From a virus (Duplodnaviria; Caudoviricetes): 64,000 nucleotides of DNA. A program made the position numbers and the translations under genes. Position 1 is the stretch's first letter; every line of letters starts with the position of its first letter. Shown in pieces: positions 44,001 to 54,134 of the stretch. The notes under the pieces were generated by a model, which was not told where the DNA came from, ran no database searches, and saw only the letters and a program-made list of their open reading frames with translations. The stretch is taken from positions 1 through 64,000 of IMG/VR virus record IMGVR_UViG_3300026088_000015; one strand, written 5' to 3'.

Positions 44001-46594
44001 AAATGCTTTAATCCTGAAGCACGAATAGCTACTTTAACGTGTTCTTTTACACTATCAGGAATATTGAGAACATAAGCCAACGCCTGATCATCTCCTCTTG
44101 CAATATGTTCACTCAATAAATCATCCGCTTCTTTAGCTGTAACGGCTAGACTTTTTACTGGATAAACCGCATTAGCGAGCGCTCTGGCCTTTACTTCTTG
44201 GGGAATGTCAGATCTGCCCTGAATAGTAATTGCCGTCTTTCTAATAGCCTCTGATGGCTTTGTTTTAGGCAATTTAGCCTCTTCTATAAGTTCCTGATCT
44301 GGACTTTCCTGGGTTCCGGTATTTACTTCCTGCGACTCTTCCCCGCTTTGCTGTAGGCTATTGCTATTGCCTGCCTGATTGCCGCCTCCTTCGATTTGGG
44401 GTGCGACATTCCTATTGCTCCCTTCTTCTTGAAGCTGTTGATCAGTTCGGATATGTTCTGCTGAATCACCTCCGGTTTCTTTCCTTCTTCTAGTGGCATC
44501 TTCTTGAATATTTAAATTTGCTATTTGCTCTTGCGCTTTTTGGATATACTGATTCCTAAGAATTTTCTTCCTTGCGTTATATTTTTCCTTATAAAGTCCT
44601 ATCAATTCAGATCCTATCTCCTTTTCTCTTTCTGCCGCTTTCTGAATTTGAATACCAGTGGTCGCGGAAGAATATGCCAGTTCCCTCTCCAAGATTAAAT
44701 CTTTTATCCTAGCATCTATTCCAGATGTCTTACGAGTAAGATCATCCATCATAGGCTTATTAATATCCTCCTTCTGAATTTCCAGCATTTCTAACTGCTG
44801 AATTTCATCATTGGAAATATTGTCTTTTTTATCTAAAATCTCAGTAACCCCATTGTCAATATTTTGAATTCTTGCAGCACTTTTAAGAGTTTGATTTTCT
44901 GATTGCAGTGTCTCTACTTCCTGCTGTTTTTCAACAACATAATCAATAGACTTTTGATATTCTGCTTTTTCTTTTGGATCTGTCGCAGTATCTCTTCTGT
45001 ATTTAAGCCCAGAAGATACTCCGCTTAAAGTGCCTCCTAATAAGCCTCCAATTAATCCTGCCTCAATCAGTCCGTCTGTCCACTGCCTTGTTTCATCATA
45101 AGATAAACTTGCGTCCACGTTAGAGAAGAATTGCTGAGCAACCTCGGTAGCGGCTTCTTCGCTAAACCCCTTGGCACCATTAACTATCATAGAGGTAATT
45201 CTAGTTTTTAATCCTCCTCCACTTAAATCATCAAGCCTGTCAAAGAATTTACCAACAGGAAGGGCTTCAAGAGGAGCGGAAATAATGGCATTTCTCATTC
45301 CTGAGTTCCATGCTTGATTTCTAGCCTCTTCTTCATCTACTCCTTTTTCACGAAGAGTAGTATAGGCTTGTTCATATTCTGAATTGAATATCTGGGTAGT
45401 AGATATTACCGATCCAGGACTTGCTACATAAGTGCCTAATTCTTTAAAGGCACCAATAGTAACATTTGGATTCCTAAGAGCTGTTTGGCTCAGCATTTGC
45501 GTACTACTCTTAACTGCTCCACCGCCTCCTATAAATATGGTCATTAAATCAGCAATAGCTGGCATTACTTTGGCCTGCAAAGAAGTATCAAATTCTTTTA
45601 ATCCTCCACTTTCTGTTGGATTCCAAAGGGAATACCATTCTCCATTTCCGAGATATTTATTAGTGAAATCCCTATAAGAATCAGCCCATTGGCCACTTAC
45701 GTAATCTTCATAAGGTTTATCTGGATTTGTTTCAGTTGCTCTATCTAAATAATAAGCACCTCGTGCCACAAAATCAAGGACAGAAGCAGGAGTCTGAAAA
45801 AATGCCTTATTAAATCTAGCCCCAGCATCATTTAATGGATACATTGTGGCTTCATAAGCATTCATTTGAGAATAATTAGCATCTTTTATTGCCTCATTCT
45901 CTTGTTCTTGTTTTTCTAATGCTTTTTCTTTAAAATATTCAGATTTCTGCTGATTATTCAAAGGGTCTGCGGCAGGAATACCATTCTCTGTTCCATTTTG
46001 ACTGCGTTGCGCTGCAGATATTGGATTATTAAGAATGTTTGGATTATCCGTTTGTGTAGTCTGTAGGAAGGGACTCGTCTTAGCAGGTCCACCTTCAATA
46101 GGAATAACAGTAGACGGTTGATTAGTAGAAGGCTCCGCTGCAAGCTCTTCATCAGTCACTCCTCCTTTAGGTGCTAAATCAGGAGCAAAAGTTGTAGGTA
46201 GTGAATTTTTATACTGATCAAATACATTCTGAGCATCAATTGGTGGAGCAGAAAGCGTCCCAGGCTGATTTGCACCTGCGAATAAATCTCCACTTGTTCC
46301 AGCCGGTGAATTTGGGCTGAGCGGGGGCGCTTGGCTTTGGTCTTGGGGTGTATTTCCTTTTTTTTTTACTACTGCAGGTCCACCATAAGCACCCACAAAA
46401 GTGGTACGGAATTCTCCATAGGTTTTAGCTGCAGTCTTGCCTTCTGACTTAAGCTTATTATACCCTTCTTGTAAAGAAGTCTCAAAATCAGCAGGATCAT
46501 TATATAGCTTTTCCTTGATAGCATCGTATTGTGATGTATCTCCGCCATAATATTTATTGACTACAAAATCTACTAATGGATTAGGTCCTGGCAT
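41003..46594 (-). CDS. large (1863 aa) internal virion/DNA-ejection-type protein
   Basis: Helical composition and the GWQKYSIKIGDKWYSY motif of large phage virion proteins. Positioned after the tail stabilisation gene. Confidence 0.65.
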   Translation of the reverse strand: MPGPNPLVDFVVNKYYGGDTSQYDAIKEKLYNDPADFETSLQEGYNKLKSEGKTAAKTYGEFRTTFVGAYGGPAVVKKKGNTPQDQSQAPPLSPNSPAGTSGDLFAGANQPGTLSAPPIDAQNVFDQYKNSLPTTFAPDLAPKGGVTDEELAAEPSTNQPSTVIPIEGGPAKTSPFLQTTQTDNPNILNNPISAAQRSQNGTENGIPAADPLNNQQKSEYFKEKALEKQEQENEAIKDANYSQMNAYEATMYPLNDAGARFNKAFFQTPASVLDFVARGAYYLDRATETNPDKPYEDYVSGQWADSYRDFTNKYLGNGEWYSLWNPTESGGLKEFDTSLQAKVMPAIADLMTIFIGGGGAVKSSTQMLSQTALRNPNVTIGAFKELGTYVASPGSVISTTQIFNSEYEQAYTTLREKGVDEEEARNQAWNSGMRNAIISAPLEALPVGKFFDRLDDLSGGGLKTRITSMIVNGAKGFSEEAATEVAQQFFSNVDASLSYDETRQWTDGLIEAGLIGGLLGGTLSGVSSGLKYRRDTATDPKEKAEYQKSIDYVVEKQQEVETLQSENQTLKSAARIQNIDNGVTEILDKKDNISNDEIQQLEMLEIQKEDINKPMMDDLTRKTSGIDARIKDLILERELAYSSATTGIQIQKAAEREKEIGSELIGLYKEKYNARKKILRNQYIQKAQEQIANLNIQEDATRRRKETGGDSAEHIRTDQQLQEEGSNRNVAPQIEGGGNQAGNSNSLQQSGEESQEVNTGTQESPDQELIEEAKLPKTKPSEAIRKTAITIQGRSDIPQEVKARALANAVYPVKSLAVTAKEADDLLSEHIARGDDQALAYVLNIPDSVKEHVKVAIRASGLKHFAKKYNEAIKAGNKVVANEYAQIQSQIIDQAVKEQATETGRAANAYKLMKDASPEVHVIASNSAINKLRDEYKEKNKGRFATLASELNDTNKNIAGQTRKDKRIQGKLDQIKERKPKKEKGTEEKEQTERQKINKAKKEIKDNLSNLFKELNSRASSGIDPQLTAKILAEGAKYGYYLIKEGYYDFKSWSRKMRAELGDDSEPYIDDIWNASHEGQKLSSLAKSDKIKNKTERVVKENIDETFDKIVTQHYSEVQKKKSDLVDKLIDDLDISESDAAQLAKLVEDTFDRLSNEKKLSILKAKTKFQDKVYPKKLKQAYEKVIELSNVGSVDEKALSEIYADEFSAKELTEEQTTKLRELANRVQTTPEGFQKSRAIQDLYKFQTTLKGVNWTDIATSVWYANVLSGYKTHVTNSFANAVETVGELTVSMAKQPKNTGILVGGLLSGYRKGLLEARATLATGYSPVKNEKVEGPNALEVAPKLRIPFTDIKIKHPFTAWKYVSRLMSAADAVAYSGLREMRASEMAADMARVQKKEFPDTKIWEAVSETLNNTKEKKVAAEAQAKEEGLSGLDLKRRVVEILEQNRSQEIIEDSADFALRSTFNGPADGTLGMITDAVAGVVEKVGFKGIKPLKYVVPFTRIVSNVANRYVEWTPWGYKRAIFGTGSLATEKYKRQYSADEKKKATIKATAGVLAMMAAYAMSDDDDGLIRITADGTGDVKKNYELAQKGWQKYSIKIGDKWYSYLNTPFAIPFAIIGNLRDNEKYKSESLDDKTIAETLFINTWKGMQFITDMTFLKGMSEFMSAFSEDTPTASVNTLKKVLASAAKGYVVPNAYTQIAKDIMATTDTPMKQTSSFWHNFYRDIPGLDSGMYDMVNALGDPIVPDTDKFVSYNKIDDAQTAAAWDVIINNKAWIGKVSKNQLQSSLNDTGWEGEVSDREYYEYSKARGAFIKKRIIANMGKLDKMTPGDVKDEIDSYKREATIEAKQEIFGIKKKKKKH

Positions 46595-46612
46595 TATTAA
46601 TTATTTTATATT

Positions 46613-48346
46613 TTACCATTGTGCCGGAACTATTGCCGGAGTACTGGTGCTTGTTGCTACATTTTTAAGATTCAGTGCTGGATTATAAAGCTTGCTATCT
46701 ATCTGCTGCTGAGTGATACCATAGTTGGCTTCCATCTGCTTATTTACTTGATAATAAGGTACTCGAACTGTATATTGATAGATGTTTTTCCCTATTCCCT
46801 TAATCTCGTCTCCCGATGCCTGAGCATCAGCTAATACTTTCTGATATTCTGGACTATTCTTATCGTAGTCGCTCATGTCAACAGTAACAGTGCCATTTAC
46901 ATAAGGGACGTATTGAACGCCAGAAGTTTTTCTTATTTGGCTTTCATTTTCCACTAAAACCTTTCCACTTGAATTAGTTGGAAGAAGAGATACTCCTGTA
47001 GGCTTAAATTGAACGCCACTCACATATTTACTTGCAAGCTTTTTATCATTAAGCACATCGGCAAATGGAGCATTTACCTCTACATTGGTAATATTGTTTG
47101 GCGTAATAACAATAGGTTTCAATTTAGATTGCTCCAAATACACAGTACTTGGAACCCATCCAGTCTTAATAGCAGCCCTGCTAGACCCTTCTCCTACTGG
47201 GTTATTGAAGTTTGTTATATAGAAATTCTTGTTTTGATTAAGCTCGGTAGCGGTTCCAATGGAATCATTAGACCCAATACCTCCTTGAACTGCTTCCTCC
47301 TCTTGACTATATTCATAAGTCTTTTGAACAGACTGCTTATTTCTGCTTTCAAGATCTTGTCGAGCGATATCCCTAACAAGGTCATCTTGTTTAAGATTCT
47401 TTCTAACTGGATCTCCATTCTGACGAATCTGCTGATAAATCTGATCTCCTTCCAATCCTGCATATTGAGGATATAGTTCAGGGTGAGCTTTTATGTAGGC
47501 CACATCTGCATTATATATTTCTGGGAGTGTTTTATTTGCATAGTAATCTTTTACTGCTCCATAATCAAGATAGTTATTCAATACATCATCGGAAACACCA
47601 GGAGAATAGGTTCCATCATTGTTTCTTTTCATGTATATGCCATTCTTGATATTTTGAACTACGGTAGTATAAGGTCCGTTTTCAATATCAGTCTTATTGG
47701 CAAATTCATTTAATCCAAGCTGCTTATAATTGTTAGTAAAATTATCGGCAGCGGCTTCAATATTATAAAGATCAGGGTTTGCTTTAGGATCATATACGCT
47801 TACTTGCTCTTGCTGTCCGTATTTGTTTGTTCGCGTGATCGTTCCACTATACGTTCCGATCGGAGTAGAATTATAATTTACATTACTCAGTGTAGTGGCT
47901 TCTCCTTGATTATATTCGTTCTTTCCAAAAGCTGAAGCGTAATCAGGGATAGTCTTATCAATATCATTCAAATAAGAAGTATGCTCATTATTACCTGTCT
48001 CTGCAAATGAATTTATATCAGCATTTAAAGCTGCCAATCTTTGTACGTCTACCTGCCCACTATCCAGCATTGCTGCCGCTTCTTGATTAAACCTGCCTTT
48101 GTATTTTTCGTACTGAGGAGTATGCTTTCCCTCAGCGTTAACGAAGTTGAATTTATTGATTTGATCTTGAAGTGCCTTTTGTCTTGCTGCTTCAGCCTTT
48201 GCCTTCTGATCATTAATTTGAGCCTGCAATTCAAAGCCGCGCATGTCCAGCGGTGGGACCTGATTAGAGGACACGCCAGCTTCGCCATACCCTACACGTG
48301 GGTCAACTCCTAATAACTTCTGAGATATAAGATCCGTTTGGGCCAT
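46613..48346 (-). CDS. putative ejection/cargo protein
   Basis: Position between other ejection-type genes; Q/N/A-rich N-terminal helices. Confidence 0.5.
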   Translation of the reverse strand: MAQTDLISQKLLGVDPRVGYGEAGVSSNQVPPLDMRGFELQAQINDQKAKAEAARQKALQDQINKFNFVNAEGKHTPQYEKYKGRFNQEAAAMLDSGQVDVQRLAALNADINSFAETGNNEHTSYLNDIDKTIPDYASAFGKNEYNQGEATTLSNVNYNSTPIGTYSGTITRTNKYGQQEQVSVYDPKANPDLYNIEAAADNFTNNYKQLGLNEFANKTDIENGPYTTVVQNIKNGIYMKRNNDGTYSPGVSDDVLNNYLDYGAVKDYYANKTLPEIYNADVAYIKAHPELYPQYAGLEGDQIYQQIRQNGDPVRKNLKQDDLVRDIARQDLESRNKQSVQKTYEYSQEEEAVQGGIGSNDSIGTATELNQNKNFYITNFNNPVGEGSSRAAIKTGWVPSTVYLEQSKLKPIVITPNNITNVEVNAPFADVLNDKKLASKYVSGVQFKPTGVSLLPTNSSGKVLVENESQIRKTSGVQYVPYVNGTVTVDMSDYDKNSPEYQKVLADAQASGDEIKGIGKNIYQYTVRVPYYQVNKQMEANYGITQQQIDSKLYNPALNLKNVATSTSTPAIVPAQW

Positions 48347-49194
48347 TATTTACTATAAGATCTAACTCGTGGTTTTATACCAACTTTCTTCAATAGGTTT
48401 CCTCCAAAATTAGAACTCCCTGGATTATCTGGATTGTTACCATATTGATCACCAAAATTACTTGTCCCTGTGCCCATATTTCCGCCAATAGAAGCGTTTG
48501 TGTCTTGGAGTTGCACCCCTTGAGCATCAGCCTGCATATTGCCTCTATATTGTCCATTTTGGCCATTTAAAGCTTTGCTATACAAGGAGGAAGTAAGTGC
48601 ATCATTTGCCAGTTGTCCGGCACTCCCTAATGCACCCTCAAGATTTCTATTGGAAGCATCAGTAAGCGCCTGCTTTCTTAAGACTTGGGTTTGATATGGC
48701 TGATTTTTGTTATAATCGAACATATTAAGCTCTTCTCCTTGTTTCATGGCAAGAGCATTGTTTAAATTCTGTTCAGATTGAAGTCTGTAATCAGCACCTT
48801 GTCCAGCTAATTGATTTAAGCCTTCGCGTTGGTTCCTGTCTGCCGCAGTAAGACCCGCAATGGCTTCCGCAGAACTATTGCTAGTCTGTTGTGCTTTATT
48901 TGCGGTCTGGGCTGTCTGTTGACCTAACAAGTTTTCATAATATGCCTGATTAGGAAGACGTGTGGAGTTCGCCATAGTTCTAGCGCGATTCTCAAATTCT
49001 TGAGAAGCTGCCGTTCTATTTAAAGTAGGCCGCTGCGCATTGATACCATTAGCCAGCTTTTTTTGTTTAGCTGCCCTGATAGCTTGTATGATAGCGCTAC
49101 CTGCCTGAACTCCAAGCCCAGCAAGTGCTAATGGAGGAAATGCCGCGCTTCCTGCGCCTGCTGCTGCTCCTAATGCGTTTCCTAAATTTGGCAT
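48346..49194 (-). CDS. putative ejection/pilot protein
   Basis: Gly/Ala hydrophobic N-terminus and Q/N/A-rich helices, typical of podovirus pilot proteins. Confidence 0.6.
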   Translation of the reverse strand: MPNLGNALGAAAGAGSAAFPPLALAGLGVQAGSAIIQAIRAAKQKKLANGINAQRPTLNRTAASQEFENRARTMANSTRLPNQAYYENLLGQQTAQTANKAQQTSNSSAEAIAGLTAADRNQREGLNQLAGQGADYRLQSEQNLNNALAMKQGEELNMFDYNKNQPYQTQVLRKQALTDASNRNLEGALGSAGQLANDALTSSLYSKALNGQNGQYRGNMQADAQGVQLQDTNASIGGNMGTGTSNFGDQYGNNPDNPGSSNFGGNLLKKVGIKPRVRSYSK

Positions 49195-49221
49195 AACGTA
49201 AATCTATGAATTATTTTTGTA

Positions 49222-52200
49222 TTATTTATTGGTTCTCTGATTTATTTGACTATAAAGAGTAAGGAATCTTAGCCTGGATAACCCAGTAGAATTACTCTCT
49301 ATTTTCATTCTCAGTACATTGGAAGTCATTAAAGGTCCATTATAATAAAGAGCCGCCCTTTGATCAGTTGCTCCATTATAATCCCCCAAGATATCTGCAC
49401 AATACACGTTTTCAATAAGTTCTATATCATCATCTATTAAACGGGATATTTGACCATTTTGATTAGTTATTTCCGGGGCAGACCATTTAACATTGGATTC
49501 CTGCTCCATATTGTTGAAAATCTTCTGATCGTTCTGCTGTTCGTTGAAAACTACATTCATCGATGGCTTGTACTGTGTTCCATAGAAGTTATTGTTCAGT
49601 ACATTGCTATTATGCTTCCACAGTACCCCATCCTTAAAGGTGAACATGTCAGTATTTATATACGCATATCTTTCCGGAAGGAAGCTGTAGAAGCCATTAT
49701 AGGTATCGCTCATGTAGTTATATCCTATGGTTTCATCTACGAAAGACAGCAATGAAAGTTTGAATGTAGGATCTATGCCACCATGCACTAGCCCAGTATT
49801 CATGTATTGAGTTCCCTTGGCCAGGAAATAGGTTCTGGCCTTATTTTGGCTGATAGGGAACATTCCATTTGAATTATTATATCGAACATGAGCCCCTTTA
49901 AGATCACTGAACCAAAAGGCTTCACTACCATATTTGAATACGGACTCCGGATGAGTTGTGCCAAAATCGCCATCTAATCTACGCGGATTATTCACATAGT
50001 TATCAGTCAATAACACTTGGGAATCTCCAGCGGCATTCTGGAAGGTGGACTGTTCTATATAACAAACACTCGGCTTTCTTTCGTTCACAAATACTATCAG
50101 GGTATCAAAGCCTATGAGTCTTCTGATGGCACCATAATCGTTAGGGACATCTAGGGAGTTTAACTCTTCAAATGCACACAACCCATTGACCTTAGAATCC
50201 TCAATAAGTCTATTTGAATACCTGAACAAGGTCGTTCTTTTAAGTTGCTTATCGCCATTTATATTGACAATATTTGGCCTTCCGAGTGCCTTTTCCCAGA
50301 ATCCAGCCCTTTTATTAGGATTAGGATTCATAGAATAGAAATCTACGAAATAATGATTCCCGGTATTATAAGAGAAGTTTGTTGCATATAATGGGACATG
50401 GTGCATAGTATGCACATCCCCCTGCCAAACAAAATGAGAGGGCTGATGAGTTTTACTACCATCTGAAGCATACACAAACTGATATGTTTTACCACATTCA
50501 TAGTATATTACCGTCTGATCATTTTTTCTTGGAGTATATGTTTCGATAAATGTTCCTGGACCGATTGGAGTAGTTGTAGTGTACTCTGCGCGATATGGAA
50601 TCACAAGATATCTTCCCAACTGAACACTTTTTATCTCTTGAGCAAGCACTCCAAGGTATGTTCCATCAGATTTATAGTAAATATTTACCTGATCTCCTGT
50701 AGCAAACACATAGGGAGTATTATTAGATGGCTGAGTAGTGTTTTTTACTCCATTGAATATTGTAGTATTGTTATTCCAGTTATAAATGTCGAGCCAAATA
50801 TCTATGGCATCCGACAAATTTGTTGGTAAATAATTCGTGATAGGGTTTCCATTGGAATCTAACCCTAAATAAAATATAGGGTTTCCAGATCCGTCATGAC
50901 CTATAGGAACATCGCGCTGTTCATTAATAGATAAGAAATCACCACCACCGCTACAGTCGGTGGTAAGATTGTGCATTCTTTTTTCTACTACTCTGACCAA
51001 TATAACCCCATCATCAGACTTGCCACCTTTTCTGATAGTCCCATAATATGGAGTATCTATATTATTTTCCTTAGCTGTATAAAATCTACTGGAAATACTA
51101 TTTACTCCTAAATATAATTCACAAGTATTAACATCTCCATCTGTTGTTCCAATGATAGGATCAATGAAGATAGGATTGCCATTCACATCATATCCGGAAA
51201 CATAATTCACATCATTGGTTACTCCCTGAATAAATGCCGATACTGTCTGGTTTTCAGAAACAACTATCTCATAGGCTTGTGCCCATGCAGGAGGATCGGT
51301 AGTAATTCCAAACGATACAGCCCATTGTTTATATCCTTTCTCTATAACCCCTCCAGTAATTATCTCCCCAGCATTCCAGAATTCAGGAGGAACGTTTATA
51401 GCAAGTTCAGAAAGAGTGTAAACACTACTCTTTCTTCCAGCAGAATCTATATAAACGATTCCTATAGAGTATTGACTGTTATTTTTAAAAGACAAGAAGT
51501 TTGCTCTTGTTATTCTTCCATCTAAAGTATTAAGAGGAATATTGAAGAAAGATTGAGTTACCGCATTAACACCAAATGGAACCTGATCATAACCCTCAGT
51601 ACAGTTGGCAAGATCTATTCTATTCTTAGCAAATGTGAGTGCTTCGGCAAGTAGTGGAACTGAGTCAAATGGAATATCCGTATCAGCTTCATCTATTACT
51701 GGATAGCTTTGGTCATTTTTAAATAATATATCGGCAAGATAATTAGTGGACGTATAATCAGCGAAGTTTATTCTCTTGATTAATTTAAACGGGCTATTCC
51801 CTTCTGAAGAATCAGGAGTATTAGCCCTGAATGCTACGTCAATATATTTTATAAATCTCTTATAAATATCTACCTGTGATGGATCAGCTAAATAAGTATT
51901 AGGATTAAAGCCAATTGTCGGCAAAGGAAATGATAATCTTACTGTATCAAATGTTTTTGTCTGCTTATATGAACAAGAAATAAACGGAGACACTGCTGCC
52001 CACCTAGAGTTCTGGTTGTCATGGTAAACATATCTATATGTAAATTGACCATTTACATTTTTAAGATTATTGATATCTGAAGAGGGGTTAGAATCGAATA
52101 CTTCTCTTATGATAAGAGGGTAAATAGGAGGCCTTTTAATTAGTTCAAATGCTGATAGATACTCATTAGTATTTAACCCATTAAAATCAGTATTGATGTT

Positions 52201-52674
52201 TATTTGTCGCGGCCCATTGTTATCTACCCAGAATAATAAACCAGAACCATTGTTATTAACAAGCTCTACTCCATTAATAAGATAATCTATCTTGAAATTA
52301 AGCCCATCAGTCATTCCTAGTAATATTTGATCACCAGGAGAAAATGGAGTAGTTTGCACGATAGTTCTTATCGTAACGCCATCATAGATGTAGATACCAT
52401 TATAATGGTTGCTATTAAAGTTGAACCAGATGATTCTATTGTTCAGCTCATCGGAAAATGCTCCCAATGTTTTATTCGTACCTGATGGAAGCGTGAAAGA
52501 ATTTGCATCAAATATATTGGTATTACCTTTAATAGATTCTACCACTCCATCACTTCCTGAAGTTACTGTATTGACAATAATATTCAGTGCAGAACGGTAA
52601 TCGCCCTGTTCAAAAAATTCATCTGCATCATCGAAGTTGCAACGCCTGAAATATCTCTTGTCAATTACCTGCAT
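49222..52674 (-). CDS. tail stabilisation/muzzle protein (P22 gp10 / crAss muzzle-like)
   Basis: 1150 aa, N-terminal D...EQGDYRSALNI...SIKGNT. Beta-propeller-type C-terminal third (YWFSD..G..VR, GGID..F...LLSF, TFKDG.LWKHN, K.FNNM..ES). Confidence 0.7.
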   Translation of the reverse strand: MQVIDKRYFRRCNFDDADEFFEQGDYRSALNIIVNTVTSGSDGVVESIKGNTNIFDANSFTLPSGTNKTLGAFSDELNNRIIWFNFNSNHYNGIYIYDGVTIRTIVQTTPFSPGDQILLGMTDGLNFKIDYLINGVELVNNNGSGLLFWVDNNGPRQININTDFNGLNTNEYLSAFELIKRPPIYPLIIREVFDSNPSSDINNLKNVNGQFTYRYVYHDNQNSRWAAVSPFISCSYKQTKTFDTVRLSFPLPTIGFNPNTYLADPSQVDIYKRFIKYIDVAFRANTPDSSEGNSPFKLIKRINFADYTSTNYLADILFKNDQSYPVIDEADTDIPFDSVPLLAEALTFAKNRIDLANCTEGYDQVPFGVNAVTQSFFNIPLNTLDGRITRANFLSFKNNSQYSIGIVYIDSAGRKSSVYTLSELAINVPPEFWNAGEIITGGVIEKGYKQWAVSFGITTDPPAWAQAYEIVVSENQTVSAFIQGVTNDVNYVSGYDVNGNPIFIDPIIGTTDGDVNTCELYLGVNSISSRFYTAKENNIDTPYYGTIRKGGKSDDGVILVRVVEKRMHNLTTDCSGGGDFLSINEQRDVPIGHDGSGNPIFYLGLDSNGNPITNYLPTNLSDAIDIWLDIYNWNNNTTIFNGVKNTTQPSNNTPYVFATGDQVNIYYKSDGTYLGVLAQEIKSVQLGRYLVIPYRAEYTTTTPIGPGTFIETYTPRKNDQTVIYYECGKTYQFVYASDGSKTHQPSHFVWQGDVHTMHHVPLYATNFSYNTGNHYFVDFYSMNPNPNKRAGFWEKALGRPNIVNINGDKQLKRTTLFRYSNRLIEDSKVNGLCAFEELNSLDVPNDYGAIRRLIGFDTLIVFVNERKPSVCYIEQSTFQNAAGDSQVLLTDNYVNNPRRLDGDFGTTHPESVFKYGSEAFWFSDLKGAHVRYNNSNGMFPISQNKARTYFLAKGTQYMNTGLVHGGIDPTFKLSLLSFVDETIGYNYMSDTYNGFYSFLPERYAYINTDMFTFKDGVLWKHNSNVLNNNFYGTQYKPSMNVVFNEQQNDQKIFNNMEQESNVKWSAPEITNQNGQISRLIDDDIELIENVYCADILGDYNGATDQRAALYYNGPLMTSNVLRMKIESNSTGLSRLRFLTLYSQINQRTNK

Positions 52675-53478
52675 TTAGTTCTTAGGAGTCTGCATGACAC
52701 CACTTCTGAATATTTGAATAATCTTGTCCCATGTAAGATCACTTGTTCTTCTGTAAGCTAATCTCTCCTGGTTCCTGTACTGATCCTCTGCTCTTTGCTT
52801 TTCACCGAGTCCTCTATTAGGGTCGTTTTCACAATCTCTCCAAAGGATATAATATTTTATCGCACGTTCAATAACTTCGTCTACTAGGCTTCCTCCGGAA
52901 GGATTAATTCCATTGGTTACATACTCAATATAAATAAGCTTGTTTGCGTATCTGGAGTCAAATACAAACCTTCTATTGGCGCTATCAATCCTGAACTGAC
53001 CATCGCCCTGTACACCTGCACCAAAGCCATAAATGGCTCCGGAAGTATCTGCATAGGTTCCCCAGTTATTTAGCCAGAAACCATTGCTGTCTGCTTCATC
53101 TATTCCTGAGTTTTGATCGAATCCAAGTATGGAATAATTTGGCACGTACTTGGCATTCTTTACTGGAAGCCCACAATCATCAGTATCATTAGTAAGAATC
53201 AAACGATTATTTACCGTAAATACTTTAATTCTATCTCCTTCCTTATGTCCAATTTTTGTCCACTTGGCCATGTCTTTAGGGAAAGGAACCGAAAGGGTGT
53301 ATTGATCTATCGTATAAGAAGTAGTTTTTATCTCCTGGGCAACGTCAATTCTCATCTCTTGAAGTGACTCAAGAGCCCACATCTCATACTTTCTGTACTT
53401 TTTAAGGCTAAGGTCATCCCTCTCCTCGCAAGCAGAACGTATAATTGAATCCAGTGTTACATACCCCTGAGTACTCAT
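52675..53478 (-). CDS. tail ring/adaptor-like protein 3
   Basis: YVTLDSII, VPFPKDMAKWTKI, IYIEY, AIKYYILW; adjacent to the muzzle gene. Confidence 0.55.
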   Translation of the reverse strand: MSTQGYVTLDSIIRSACEERDDLSLKKYRKYEMWALESLQEMRIDVAQEIKTTSYTIDQYTLSVPFPKDMAKWTKIGHKEGDRIKVFTVNNRLILTNDTDDCGLPVKNAKYVPNYSILGFDQNSGIDEADSNGFWLNNWGTYADTSGAIYGFGAGVQGDGQFRIDSANRRFVFDSRYANKLIYIEYVTNGINPSGGSLVDEVIERAIKYYILWRDCENDPNRGLGEKQRAEDQYRNQERLAYRRTSDLTWDKIIQIFRSGVMQTPKN

Positions 53479-54134
53479 AACTGACGTTTAACCGGGTTGG
53501 TATTAGAAAGATCATCCTGTGGAATCTGTGGAGACATCAATTTATAAACATAGTCTATAATTTGTTGCTCCAGGTCCATGGAAATATTTATGGCTTCCGA
53601 AGAAGTTGTTATTAATTGCAATATAACTTTTTTTATGCCAAGCTTATCAAGATTCTGATCAAAATAAGCCCTGTTCCCTTCTCCCCAGAACCCTACATTA
53701 CCTTGTAGAAACGCCCCTTTATGAGAATTTACAAAATTCAATCCTCCATTTCCAATAGGAATAAAGGAATTGAGCTGAGCTACCGTAGGAGTCATTGACG
53801 ATGGGAAACTTGCCGGATTAGGGCGTATGCTTTTAAGTCCTCCATTCTTAGGAAGACTTAAGTACTGAGCAGGAATATCTACATAGTTCAGAAGAAGTTC
53901 TTCATCTTTCTGTACAGTCACACTTGGAAATGTAACGGTATAAGGCTCCGGAATATCAGTATCGCCAGATCTTATTCCTTCCAGGATAGAAATTTTTACG
54001 AAATAGGCCAGCGCCTGATCTACGTAAAGTTGTATCTCTCGATTATCATATACCGAATCCGCGGATGGTGCACCACCATCTAAAAGACGGTGTATCTGTT
54101 CTGCTATCTGTTGTTTTTTAGTAAATGGGATCAT
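53475..54134 (-). CDS. tail ring/adaptor-like protein 2 (start at ATG 54134 rather than 54227)
   Basis: The ATGA overlap with the upstream gene defines the start; D.REI..YV.QA motif. Confidence 0.55.
   Translation of the reverse strand: MIPFTKKQQIAEQIHRLLDGGAPSADSVYDNREIQLYVDQALAYFVKISILEGIRSGDTDIPEPYTVTFPSVTVQKDEELLLNYVDIPAQYLSLPKNGGLKSIRPNPASFPSSMTPTVAQLNSFIPIGNGGLNFVNSHKGAFLQGNVGFWGEGNRAYFDQNLDKLGIKKVILQLITTSSEAINISMDLEQQIIDYVYKLMSPQIPQDDLSNTNPVKRQL

Noticed and set aside
41003-46594. Virion RNA polymerase as in Crassvirales
   Set aside because: No DFDID/DxDGD catalytic motif was seen; the DDDDG segment lacks the surrounding context.
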